A stretch of 59,735 nt of DNA from a virus (taxonomy: Duplodnaviria; Caudoviricetes), in the IMG/VR virus record IMGVR_UViG_3300028388_003770, positions 1-59,735 of that record; one strand, written 5' to 3'. Each line of letters starts with the position of its first letter. Positions within the stretch are counted from its first letter, which is position 1. The translations under genes and the position numbers were made by a program. A model generated the notes under the pieces. The model saw only the letters and a list, made by a program, of their open reading frames with translations, was not told the origin of the DNA and made no database searches. This document shows positions 25,468 to 36,047 of this stretch, in pieces.

Positions 25468-25500
25468 GAAAGAGAGGGCCCCGGAGTGCGGGGCCCAAAA
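25466..25500 (-). terminator. Hairpin with pyrimidine tail on the minus strand
   Basis: GGGCCCCG/CGGGGCCC stem 25476-25496, minus strand continues TCTCTTTCTC. Confidence 0.35.
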
Positions 25501-25520
25501 CCACCAGAGGAGGAACCACT

Positions 25521-26057
25521 ATGCGTGACAGGCACATCATGCTCGACTTGGAAACGCTTGACAAGAGGCCGTCGGCGGTGATCGTGGCCATCGGCGCCGT
25601 GCTGTTCGACCGAGACGGGGTCCACGGCGAGTTCTACGCCGGCGTCGACATCGACAGCTGCTTGGATCTCGGGATGACTGTGAGCGGGGACACCATCTTG
25701 TGGTGGTTGGAGCAGGCGCAGGCGGCGCGAGAGGCGCTCTACGCACCCGCGAAAACCCCGTGTCACCTGCACTTCGTTCTGGAGGACTTCAGAGTGTGGG
25801 CTGGCACGGGGTCGTTGGTGTGGGGCAACGGCGCGGCTTTCGACAACGTGATTCTGGAGGCGGCCTACCGCCGGACGCTCCGGCCCCCGCCGTGGGACTT
25901 CTGGAATAACCGCTGCTACCGCACCGTCAGGAACGCCTACCCGAGCGTGGCCCGCCACACCCCAGCGATCGCTCACCACGCGCTCTACGACGCCCACGCA
26001 CAGGCGACCCACCTGATCGAGATCCAGCAGAGTTATCCGGAGGCGCAGATCCTGTGA
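25521..26057 (+). CDS. DEDD 3'-5' exo(ribo)nuclease (Rv2179c/DUF5051-like)
   Basis: MLDLET, WGNGAAFD, HHALYDA. Confidence 0.9.
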   Translation: MRDRHIMLDLETLDKRPSAVIVAIGAVLFDRDGVHGEFYAGVDIDSCLDLGMTVSGDTILWWLEQAQAAREALYAPAKTPCHLHFVLEDFRVWAGTGSLVWGNGAAFDNVILEAAYRRTLRPPPWDFWNNRCYRTVRNAYPSVARHTPAIAHHALYDAHAQATHLIEIQQSYPEAQIL

Positions 26058-26965
26058 GCACTCTCAGACCCATGCGCGGGGTGGCCCCGGCCGGCCCGCT
26101 AACTCACTGGCCCTACCTGGCCTCGCCGAAGATCGACGGCATGCGGGCCCTGGTCCGGGATGGTGTGGTGCTGAGCAAAACGCTCAAGCCGATCCCAAAC
26201 CAGCTGGTGCAGCGCACGTTCGGCCACCTCCACGGGGCCGACGGTGAGCTGACGGTGGGCCTGCCTCGTAAGACGCACGAGGACGACGACGTGTTCGGCC
26301 GCAGCCGCGGGCCGATCATGGCTCGCAGTGCCATAGCGGACTTCCGCTTCAGCATCTTCGACCGCTGGGACCTGCCCGAGGCCAACGCCGGCTACCGCGT
26401 GAGCCGGCTGGTCGAAGGCGTGCCGGAGACCCAGGGCGCCTTGTGGCTCAACCACGTGCTGGTGCACAGTCAGCAGGATCTCCGCGTCGTCTACCAGCGC
26501 TGCCTCGACCTGGGGTTCGAGGGCGTGATGCTGCGGCGCCTGCCGGGCACCTACAAGTACGGCCAGTCTACTGAGCGCGAGGGGTTCCTGCTGAAGTTCA
26601 AGCCGTTCGTGGACAGCGAGGCGGTGGTGCTTGGCACCTACGAGCAGACGGCCAACACCAACCCGGCGACGCTCGGCGCCGACGGCTACACCAAACGGTC
26701 CTCGGCCAAGGCCGGCAAGCGCGGCAAGAACACCCTGGGTGGGTACCACGTGCGCGACATCCACACCGGGGTGGAGTTCGACATCGGCAACGGTGTCGGC
26801 CTGACCAAGGCTGAGCGCCAGCGGCTGTGGAAGGTCCGCCACCACCTGGTCGGGCAGATCATGACCTACACCTACCAGGAGGACGGCACCAAGGACCGCC
26901 CGCGGATCCCGCAGTTCAAGGGTTGGCGGGCCGCCATCGACATCAGCGAACTGGGGGAGGAGTGA
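26054..26965 (+). CDS. ATP-dependent DNA ligase
   Basis: KIDG, DGEL, EGVMLR, LLKFK, PRIP. Confidence 0.93.
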   Translation: MSTLRPMRGVAPAGPLTHWPYLASPKIDGMRALVRDGVVLSKTLKPIPNQLVQRTFGHLHGADGELTVGLPRKTHEDDDVFGRSRGPIMARSAIADFRFSIFDRWDLPEANAGYRVSRLVEGVPETQGALWLNHVLVHSQQDLRVVYQRCLDLGFEGVMLRRLPGTYKYGQSTEREGFLLKFKPFVDSEAVVLGTYEQTANTNPATLGADGYTKRSSAKAGKRGKNTLGGYHVRDIHTGVEFDIGNGVGLTKAERQRLWKVRHHLVGQIMTYTYQEDGTKDRPRIPQFKGWRAAIDISELGEE

Positions 26966-27780
26966 TGAAGGCTCACCTCGTTGCAGAGGCGACGAAGAAG
27001 CTACGCGACCTCTATCGAGCGCCGGACACAGACCGTAGCGAGATCCAGCTGCGAGCGGGGGACTTCCTCGACGAGCTCCTCAAAGCCATCATGGTCTCGG
27101 TGAAGTTTCAGATCCCCTGGAGCACCATCCAAGGGATGGAGGTTGAAGACGAGTGGATTCCACTCCCGTTTAAGTATTGCTACTTTGAACTCCTCGGGTA
27201 CGAGGGGGAAAATCTGATGGCAGTAGTCGCGTACCAGGTGGACGACGACACGATAGGGCTCTACCCGTTCAGCGGGAAGACACGCGACCCGCACGGGCTC
27301 GACTATAGCCCTCAAGGGTGGACCGCTGCCGTATACAAAGACGCCGACGGCAAGCCCTACTACGACTACAGAAACACGTTCGAGGATATAGTCGAAGAGG
27401 CGGAAGGCTCTAAGGGAGGAGACGACGCAAAGGCGGCTGATTTCTTGGTCTGGATGGTTCGAGCGACCTGCGCCCTGCTTGCGTGCTCCAACATCGAATA
27501 CGAAGACAACGCACCGCCCGAGCGTTTGAACAAAAAGCGAACACGTCGTGACAAGGTGCCCCTGTTCACCTATAAAACGCTCGTGCTTCGCCAGAACGAG
27601 AAAAGGCATGCTCACTCCAACGAACACTCAGACCGCAGCGGGCCGCGCCTCCACCTCCGGCGGGGACATATCAGGCGGTGCGCCAGCGGCAAGCGCGCGT
27701 GGGTGTCCCCGTGTATAGTCGGGGACAACGAACGCGGTTTCGTCCACAAAGGCTACTTGGTGAGGAGAGGAAACTCATGA
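26965..27780 (+). CDS. Hypothetical protein with C-terminal HxRRGH motif
   Basis: GGAGGAG RBS, lower GC. Confidence 0.8.
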   Translation: MKAHLVAEATKKLRDLYRAPDTDRSEIQLRAGDFLDELLKAIMVSVKFQIPWSTIQGMEVEDEWIPLPFKYCYFELLGYEGENLMAVVAYQVDDDTIGLYPFSGKTRDPHGLDYSPQGWTAAVYKDADGKPYYDYRNTFEDIVEEAEGSKGGDDAKAADFLVWMVRATCALLACSNIEYEDNAPPERLNKKRTRRDKVPLFTYKTLVLRQNEKRHAHSNEHSDRSGPRLHLRRGHIRRCASGKRAWVSPCIVGDNERGFVHKGYLVRRGNS

Positions 27781-27916
27781 CCACCCAGGAAGTGATCGAC
27801 TGCATCAACCGCTTTTTCAGTGACAAGTCCCGCACGGCCGCCGAGACCCGGGAGGGGCTCGAGGAGATCTTGGCCGAGGTGGAGTCCATGTGCGACGCGC
27901 TCGCGGAGGAGGGGTG
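27777..27916 (+). CDS. Small hypothetical protein
   Basis: GAGG RBS, ATGA overlap. Confidence 0.55.
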
Positions 27917-28264
27917 ATGACGAAGTACTTTGGCTCGGCTCGCGGAGCTGACCACATGAAGGTCGGGGTGACGGTCCGGAACCCCGCGCCTCTGGAGCGC
28001 GAGATTCGCGCAGTGTGCCAGGAGCTGGCCGACTTCCTGGTGGAGAAGAACCGCGCCTACGGCAACAGCGCGGCCGAGCCGGCGGGCGTTTTCGCCAAGC
28101 GCCTCGACCCCCTAGCACAGATCGACGTGCGCATCGACGACAAGCTCAGCCGCCTGGCCAAGGGCAGCGAGTACCCTGGCGACGACACGGTGAAAGACCT
28201 GGCCGGGTACCTGATCCTGCGCATGGTGGTCTCCGGGCAGCAGCCGGAAGACGGACCGTGGTGA
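27917..28264 (+). CDS. DUF1599-like (nucleotide-modification-associated) protein
   Basis: KN..YGNS, RIDDKLSR, DT..DLAGY. Confidence 0.75.
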   Translation: MTKYFGSARGADHMKVGVTVRNPAPLEREIRAVCQELADFLVEKNRAYGNSAAEPAGVFAKRLDPLAQIDVRIDDKLSRLAKGSEYPGDDTVKDLAGYLILRMVVSGQQPEDGPW

Positions 28265-31200
28265 GCGGCGTCTCGGAGTGCGCCGGAACCCGGCCTCCTC
28301 CTTCGCATCCTGCAGCTCCTTCCACTCCTTGCGCAGCCGCCGCTCGGCGGCCCGGTCTCCCTCCCTGCGCGCCTCCGTGAACGCCTTCTTCAAGTCTGAC
28401 GTCCGCCGGCTGTAGTGATCCTCGTAGCTCTGCAGCTGGCGCTGGCGCTCGAAGCGGCGCTGCTGCGACGGCGCGCTGAGCCCCACCCCCGCCTGCAACA
28501 CGTTCCACAGGCCGATCTCCTCGGGCGTGAGCACCTGGTCTCCGTTGTAGGTGGTGTCGCCCTCGACCGCCAGGCGCCCGGCGGTGAGCGCGCTTCTCAG
28601 GCCGTTGGGCAGCACCTGCTCCATGGCCCGGTAGTAGTCTCCCTCCGCAACTCGACTCATCCCACCCCACACCACCTTCTTGCCAAGCGAGGCCGACGGG
28701 CCCAGGGCCCCGGCCAGCAGCTTGTCGTAGCTGTCGTAGTCGCGCACATCGGCACGGATGTAGGGCAGCAGGCTGACCACGTTCTGGGCCCCCAGTCGGC
28801 TGGTGAGGTTCATGTCGAACAGCGTCGGCAGGCCGTTGAGCACCACGTCGGTGATCTCCGGCGACAGCCCGATGTTGTCTGCCGCCTTGCGGAAACGCAG
28901 CACCTGCGCATCTTTGTCCCAGGGCTCGTCATCATCACCGAACAAGCTGCCGGCCACCCCCAGGGCGCTCTGCATGAACGCCATCCCCGGCAGCCCCAGG
29001 CCCCCGGCCAGGGCCGCGTAGTGCCCGAGGGTGTAGAGCAGGGACATCCGTGCTACGTGGCGCACGTCGGCGCTCTCGCCGCTGAGCGCGTCGTCGACCA
29101 AGCGCGCCAGGTAGAACAGCTGGATCAGCTGGAACTTGCGGAACTGGAACAGCGCTTTGGCCCCGGGGATGAACTTCGGCGAGATGAACTTCGGGGTGTT
29201 CACCCCGTCGTAGTCGCCGTGGGTCACGTCGATGACCTTGCGCGCGTAGTTGATGGCGTGGTCCTCAGCCATGCGCTTGCCACCGTACTTGGCGTCCGGC
29301 TGCTGCGTGCCCAGCCGGTAGGCGGCGATGCCGGTGACCACGCGGTTGAGCGTCTCCACCTTCGCCGGCAGCCGGCGCACGGTGCGGTCGAAGATCCGCT
29401 GCCCCTGCGAGAGCGGCCCCTCGCCGGTGTCCGCCACCTGCCCGAGCTCCAGGTCCATGGTGATGTTGATCGCGCCGGAGTCGAGCAGGCGCTCAACTAC
29501 GTGGCGCACGTCCTCGGGCACCTTGGAGGTGTCGAAGTGCTCGAAGGCCCCGGCCGAGGTCACCATGTCCTTGACGTCGCGGTAGGCGCGCAGCACCTCG
29601 CGCTGCGTCGTGGCGTAGCCGAAGCGCCCCGCCATGTAGGGCACCGACATCATCCCCACCTGCGTCATGTTCTGCAGGTAGTAGGCTGGCGAGAACAGCA
29701 AGTACCAGGCCGAGGAGACCGCGGCCAGCCGGTCGGAGACGGGCGTGGGGCGGTAGTCCATGGACTTGCCCCAGTGCCAGTACAGCCCGTTGACCAGCCG
29801 GGTCAGCTCGTCGCGGTTCACCCCGGCGGCCATGCGCCCCTTCGGGTTCTCGACGAAGCCGGCGATGTTGTTGACCGCGTCGTTGGTAGCGGAGAGGTGC
29901 TTGAGGTTGGCGATGTAGTGGGCGTTGGCTCGGCCCTGAACCACGAACGAGCGGATCATGTCCTGGTCGGCGCCGCGGATGTCCCGGGAGTGCTGCGCCG
30001 CCTGGCGCGCGTGGCTCTCCGTCATCACCTGCAGCGCCAGGTCCTCGGCCATGTTGAGCAGCTGCTTGGCACGCTCGGAGCCGTCGTCGGCCATGCCGGC
30101 GATGTAGGAGCGCAGTCGGTCCACCTCATGCAGCCCCACCACAGGGTTCTCACGCCACTGGGCCTTCTCCCAGGAGTCGGTGTGGGTGAACTCCTTGCCC
30201 AGCTCCTGCACCCGCCGGGCAGCCTCCCACCGCGACTCGGCGAACTCCAGGGCGTAGTGCTTCGGATCCGCCCGCAGCTGCTCCACTTTCTTCCAGTCCT
30301 CAGCGTCCCGGGCTTGGCCCATCTCCGGAGAGTACGCCTGCACCACGAAGGCCCCCTGGCGCTTGAGCGGCATGTAGGGCCCCTCCAGCTCGACCAGCGT
30401 CTTGCCGAAGGCCTTCACTGCGGCCTCCCGGTCAGCCTCGATCTCCTTGCGCTCCTCGGCGTTCTTGGCCTGGGCCAGGCGCGCAGCGAAGGTGTCGGTG
30501 ATCCGCCTGTTGATCAGGTCCTGGATCTCGCGGTAGTCGTCGTGCATGATCCGGTGCATGTCGCGGATCACCTGCTGAGCCTCCGGCGAGAACCGCTCGA
30601 AGCGCTTCTTCATGGCCGGGTCCACCACGGCGTTCAGCTTCCACGGCGGCGCGTAGCCCCAGGCCTTTTTCAGCCGGGAGTCCATGAGGAACAGGTTGAT
30701 CGCCTTGCGCTCGTCCTTCTTGCCCTGCAGGTTGTAGGTTCGGTCGAGCACCTCGGTGACCACCTTCTCACGCTTCACCCGCTCGACCTTGGTGTCGGTG
30801 ATCGCCTGCATCAGACGGCGCACGTGGGGCTCGAGCGCCGGGACCCTCTTGATGACGATGTCGCCCAGGTCCTTCAGGAACGCCAGCCCGATGTAGGTCT
30901 TCTGAACCGCCGAGCGTACCGTGTCAGTGAGCGCTCGCACCGGCGGGCGGTAGTCCTCGGGCAGCTTGTTGATGTTGGCCTCGACCGCGGCCTGCGCCTT
31001 GTCGGACACCGAGCGCCGGGCTGTCTGCTCGACGGCGTCCTCCTCAGCTTCGCTGAAGACGGTGTCGCTGTACCTGATGTCCGGGTTCTCCGGATCGTAG
31101 GTGCCTGCATTACCCGTGGCGCTCTTGACCTGCGTCGGGCGCAGCGGTACCCAGCTGTCCTCGCCCAGCCCCTCAACGCGGTTCGGGTAGACAAACCCGT

Positions 31201-33500
31201 CGTACCCCGCCTCCTCGATAACGTCGCGCACCTTGTCGACGAACTCGTTGTTGTGCGCTGTCATGTCAGTGCGGTACCCGCGCTGGTTGGGGTCGTAGTC
31301 TTGGGCGAGCTGCTCCAGCTTAGCGGCGCTCCGGTTGTCGCCCAGTCCTTTGAGCGTAGTAATCAGCGTGCGGGCCATCGCCCCGGCGTTGTGCCAGCGC
31401 CCGACGTCTGGAAGCGTCAGCGGGTTCTTAATGCTCAAGTACACCGGCATTACGTGGGAGTCTTCAGGGTAAGCCTGCCCCGCCGCGGTGTCCTCTGCGA
31501 TGTGCTCCAACCGCGTGTTGGCCTGGTTCAGCGGGCCGAAGTGCGGCCACGGGCCATTTCCACGGAACGAGTCGAAGTCGGCGCGCGTCCCGTGGTAGAG
31601 CACCAACGGCTCGCCGTCCTCATCGACAACCTGGCTGCCTGCAAACCACCTATCGAAGGCGTTAGAGAAACGGTCGATGGCTGCAGCCATGCCGAAGCTG
31701 ATCGACTCGTCGCCGCGCATCTCCACCGTCTCGGGGTCGGCCAGCTCGATATGCGCCGCGCCCAGGGCCAGGTCCACGAACTCCTGCGCCGAGAGCTGCT
31801 CCGACTTCAGCCCGAGCTTGCGCATCGCCCGCTGGAACGCCTGCCACACAGTTTGGAACCAGCGCGCCAGCGAGCCCTTCTGATCCTGCAGGGCGGTGGG
31901 GTCGACGCCGCGGTGCACCGCCTCCTCGATGAAATAGGCGACCACCTCGCGGTTGACCTTCTCCGGAGGCACCTGGGCCTGCTCGACCCGGCGCAGCGCG
32001 CCCTTGGCCGCCGCGGCCTCGACGCTGTCGTTGTCGGCCGTGGACCACTGCTGCACCTGCCGGGCAAGCCGGCGCTGCTGGGCCGCGGGGACCACGCTCT
32101 CCAGGCCGAGGTGGGTGCCCACCTCGTGCATGAACACCGACAGCTCCCGCCCGGCCGGGACGTGCTCCAGGATGAAGGTGGCGTGGCGCACGCCCTGGCG
32201 CGTATCCACCCAACCCATGGTGCGCAGCGTCTTGCTCCGCGTCTCGCTGTAGCCCTGGAGCTTCTTCGGATCCACCCCGTCGGCGATGGCATCGGCCGCC
32301 GTGTCGTAGATGTGCAGGCGCCAGTTGGACGGGCGGCCCAGCGCGCGCTTGACCACGCCCTCGAAGGTCGCCCGGTCGGTGGGGTTGCGCACCGCCGTGG
32401 CCGTGATCGCTTCGCGGGAGGTGCCGGTCGCCGGGCGGCCATCACTGAAAGCGGTGTCACTATCGTCAAACCTAGCGAAAGCGGACTTGACTTGGTTCTT
32501 CGTATCCCACACCACTACTTGCGGCTTACTCACGTATTGCGAAGATGTAACCCCCTCCCCCCCATCCAAGAGGTTCATCATAACCAGACCATCGTGCCCG
32601 CCTGCTCTAGCACGTCGTAGGGCGTTAGTAAACGTACCCGGGCGAACAACCTTCCCTCCGTAGTTTTCGACCAGAGGGTTGCTTAATCGAATAAAAACAG
32701 GAACAGAAGCAGGATTCGCGTCGACCCAGTCCCGCTTCTCTCTGTCATACACTTCACCAGCAACGGCGTATTGATTACTCAGCTCAGGGCGCGAAAAGAA
32801 AACAGCGTTTTCGTCTCTGTCTAGGCTAGGCACAAAGGGTTCCCCCCGGCTTAGCCAAGCGGCATCTTTCGTACCGTGCACTGCGCGAACAACAGCCGGA
32901 GTCCCCGTCTTCACTTCACTAATGTCGATAACGCGCTCAACTCCGCCCCACTCAGCGGCTTTCTGCTCAGCTACACCCTCCTCAGCCTCGCTGAACTGCG
33001 TATCGTCGTCGGGCGGCTTGGCTACTCGCCGGCGCTTCTTGGTGACGATTCGGGGAGCCTGCTGCTGCGCCACAGGACCTGGAACAGGTTCGCCCGCTCC
33101 AGCAGGTCCTTCGTCTGCGGGGCCTTCTGCGACAGGCTGTGCTGCAGCGCCGGGGGCGTCTCCGCGATCTTGCGGTTCGTCTGCCTTACGATTTCGGAGA
33201 CGGATGTTGCCTGCTTCATACTCACCTCTCAGGGCCTCGGTGGCCTGCTGCACTGCTGCGGGGATGTCCCGCGGCGCCACGTCCTCCAGCGCCACGATGA
33301 AGTCGAGGATGCCGTCCTGCGCGCTCGGACGCAGGTCACCCCACGCTACGTCCTCGACTGCCTTGCGCCACAGGGCCTGCGCCTTGCGCTCGCGCTCGGC
33401 GACCCTGTCTGCGTTCGCCGCGGCAAGCGCCTCCTGCCGGATCCGCTCCTGCTCCGCGATGAGGCGCTGGTGCGCTTCTTCCTCGGGCGTGAGCGGCACT
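28112..33500 (-). CDS. Large polyvalent (internal virion) protein, C-terminal part: two ART-PolyVal-like domains, HExxxH metallopeptidase, LPD38/PLxRFG-like C-terminus
   Basis: YHGT..VYL.IKNP..GYDG motif twice, MHEVGTH, YMPLKRQG. No good start; probably continuous with 33336..36026. Confidence 0.8.
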
Positions 33501-36026
33501 CTTGACTCCGCGTTCGTCCAAGTAAGCCTGCTGTGCCTCGGCTGCGGCGTGCCGGGGCGCCACAACCCCCTCGCTGCTCGCAGCGGCTACCGTCTCCTGG
33601 GCCTCCTGGGCCTCCTGGGCCTCCTGGGCCTCCTGGGCCTCCTGGGCCTCCTGGGCCTCATACGCCTCTTTGCGCCGGGCGTTGAGCTCCTTCTTCTCCT
33701 CAGCCGAGAGCTCGTTGACGCGCTTGACCTTGCGTTCTTCCAGGTACTTTCGCCGCACCTCGGCTGCGATGCGTTGCCTGGGCGTCACAGACTCCTCGTT
33801 CCCGTCGTGGCTGATGCCCTTGCGGATGCCGATGCCCGCGGCCTGGGCCTCAGCGGCGTCGATCGTCGACCCCTCAGTGCCCTCGCGCAGTTCCTGGGCC
33901 TGAGCCGCAAAAGAACTCAGGATGCCTTTGGCCTCGGGGTGGGCCCGGCGTAGCTTCTCCAACCCCCGAACCACCTCCCTCTTGGCCAGCTCCTGGTGGG
34001 CCGATTTGAGCATCCCGGCTTTCTTCAGGGCGCGGGCCACCGAAGGGTAGCTGTTGTGCTTTCCGAGGTGCCCTCCCTTGCGGCTGGCGCGGGCGTTTTT
34101 CTCGATCGCGATACCCGGCGTCTCCATGCCGAAGGTCAACCGCACCGCAGCCTCCTCCAGAGGTGTGATGTCGGGGGTGTTGCTGAGCAGATCCTGGGCG
34201 AGGCCCACAAACGCGTCACGCACTTCGGCCGTGTCCTCCAGAACAGGGGCCTCGTCCTCCGGAGTCTGCACAACAGCCGGGGGTTTGCGCTTCACCACGA
34301 TCGTCTGCCGGGTCTCCGTGGCCGGGGTCTCCGTGGCCGGGGTCTCCGTGGCCGGGGTCTCCGTGGCCGGGGTCTCCTCCATGCCTAGCCGACGCTTGGC
34401 GTTTACCACCAGCTCGTCCATGGCCCGGGCGCTCTTACCGCGCCGCTTGTTGGCCTTGCTGTCGTAGTCCTTGAAGAACGCCCGCGCCTTGGCTTCGGCC
34501 TCCGGCGTGTCGTTGCTCAACGTCTGCAGCTTCTCGTAGAGATCCCGCACCGGCTTCATGGGGGTCGAGGGGTTGGTCTTGTTGACCGCGGCCGCCGCTC
34601 CTTCCTCGGAGAGCTCCTCCATCACGCGCTCGCTGACGGTCCTCACACGGGGCGGCAGCTTGCCGGTGGCCCGCCTGTGCAGGTCTTCGCCAACCGTGAG
34701 CTCACGCTCCACCTGCGTCTCGGGGTCGCGGAAGACTACGCCAGAAGGCTCGTTGTACGCCTGCTCGAAGGTGTCTTCGTAGCGCTTCTCAGCAGCGCGG
34801 CGCTGCTTCTCTGACAGCTCCTCGGGAACATCCAGCCCAGCAGCGAACTTGCGATGCGCAGCGTTGCGGAAATTAGTCGGCAGGCCCGCCATCAACTCCT
34901 CGGCCGTCGGCTCTGTGGGCGTCTGCTCAGGCTGCGGCTCGGGCAGGGCCCGGGGACTGAGCATCAGATTCATCGGCACCACCAGGCCCGCGCCGCCCAG
35001 GCCGCCAGCCGCGCCGGCAAAGATCGACTGGCGCTGCTCGCGCCAGAACTCCTCGGTGCCCAGCTCCTTGTTGGCGCCCAGGTACTCGAGCGGGTTCTGC
35101 AGCCCTTCCTCGGCACCCTCGGTCACCACGCTCAGACCGGTGAGCTTGCCGGCCCGGGCCAGCTTGCCACCGCGACGGCCGAACTCGGCCAGCTTCGCCG
35201 CTCCCGGGATCATCCGATCCAGCCCGGCCAGCCCATACAGGGCCAGGTCGCCCAGCCCCTCCACCGCGCCCGCGGCCAGCCCGTAGCCCCACACCTTGGG
35301 CAGACTCACCTCGCCGCCAGTGCGCGCAGCCTCCTCCACCGCTTCAGGGTAGATCTGGCCCAGCTCCTGGCCCGCCGAGTAGCCGCCGACGCCGGCCACG
35401 AAGCCGCGCTTGCCTACCTTCTCCGCGTACTCCTTGGCCGCCTCCTGGAAGCCTGCGTCCGTGAGCGTCTTGAGCCCCTTCTTGATCCCCTGCTTGGCGA
35501 TGACCCGCCCCACCAGGCCCGCGCCCAGGCCGCCGACCAGCGAGGTCGCGCCCTTGGTGGCGTGGTACTGCAGCGCATCCACCCAGTCACCGACGCCGCC
35601 CTCCTCCACGAGGTGGTCGAACTCGTACTGCGGACGCTGGTTCGCCGCCACGTCGCGCATGTTGCGGCCGTAGACCTGCAAGCCCCAGTCGCGCACGCCT
35701 TCGAGCCCCACCGTGTCGCCGACCAGGGCCGCGGCCCCGCCGCCGAGCCCCTTCAGCTCGGACCAGGCGTCGCTCAGGGCGCGGCCGGTGTCGGAGATCT
35801 GCTCGATGTCGCCGAAACGCCGGGTGTAGCTCTGGCGCAGCGTGTCATCGTCGACCTGAGCTTCTGGGCGCGCGGCGCGGGCGCGCGTGGCCCAGGCCGA
35901 GAAGTCGTCCTCGTTCGGCCCGCCGCCGTAGTTCTCGCGATAGTAGTCTGCGAGCTTGCGGTCAGGGACGTTGGGGTTGCGCGGCTTGGCAGCCTGGATC
36001 CACTCGCCGAAAGAAGGGCGGGCCAT
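33336..36026 (-). CDS. Large polyvalent/internal virion protein, N-terminal part
   Basis: Gly/Ala-rich segments, EGAEEGLQ motif, ETPAT and EAQ repeats. Confidence 0.8.
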   Translation of the reverse strand: MARPSFGEWIQAAKPRNPNVPDRKLADYYRENYGGGPNEDDFSAWATRARAARPEAQVDDDTLRQSYTRRFGDIEQISDTGRALSDAWSELKGLGGGAAALVGDTVGLEGVRDWGLQVYGRNMRDVAANQRPQYEFDHLVEEGGVGDWVDALQYHATKGATSLVGGLGAGLVGRVIAKQGIKKGLKTLTDAGFQEAAKEYAEKVGKRGFVAGVGGYSAGQELGQIYPEAVEEAARTGGEVSLPKVWGYGLAAGAVEGLGDLALYGLAGLDRMIPGAAKLAEFGRRGGKLARAGKLTGLSVVTEGAEEGLQNPLEYLGANKELGTEEFWREQRQSIFAGAAGGLGGAGLVVPMNLMLSPRALPEPQPEQTPTEPTAEELMAGLPTNFRNAAHRKFAAGLDVPEELSEKQRRAAEKRYEDTFEQAYNEPSGVVFRDPETQVERELTVGEDLHRRATGKLPPRVRTVSERVMEELSEEGAAAAVNKTNPSTPMKPVRDLYEKLQTLSNDTPEAEAKARAFFKDYDSKANKRRGKSARAMDELVVNAKRRLGMEETPATETPATETPATETPATETRQTIVVKRKPPAVVQTPEDEAPVLEDTAEVRDAFVGLAQDLLSNTPDITPLEEAAVRLTFGMETPGIAIEKNARASRKGGHLGKHNSYPSVARALKKAGMLKSAHQELAKREVVRGLEKLRRAHPEAKGILSSFAAQAQELREGTEGSTIDAAEAQAAGIGIRKGISHDGNEESVTPRQRIAAEVRRKYLEERKVKRVNELSAEEKKELNARRKEAYEAQEAQEAQEAQEAQEAQEAQETVAAASSEGVVAPRHAAAEAQQAYLDERGVKSAAHARGRSAPAPHRGAGADPAGGACRGERRQGRRARAQGAGPVAQGSRGRSVG
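33594..33657. repeat. 9-bp tandem repeat (CTCCTGGGC)x~7
   Basis: Encodes (EAQ)n. Confidence 0.9.
34310..34377. repeat. 15-bp tandem repeat (ETPAT)x4
   Basis: GGTCTCCGTGGCCGG repeats. Confidence 0.9.
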
Positions 36027-36047
36027 CAGTACACCTCGCGGAACGGA

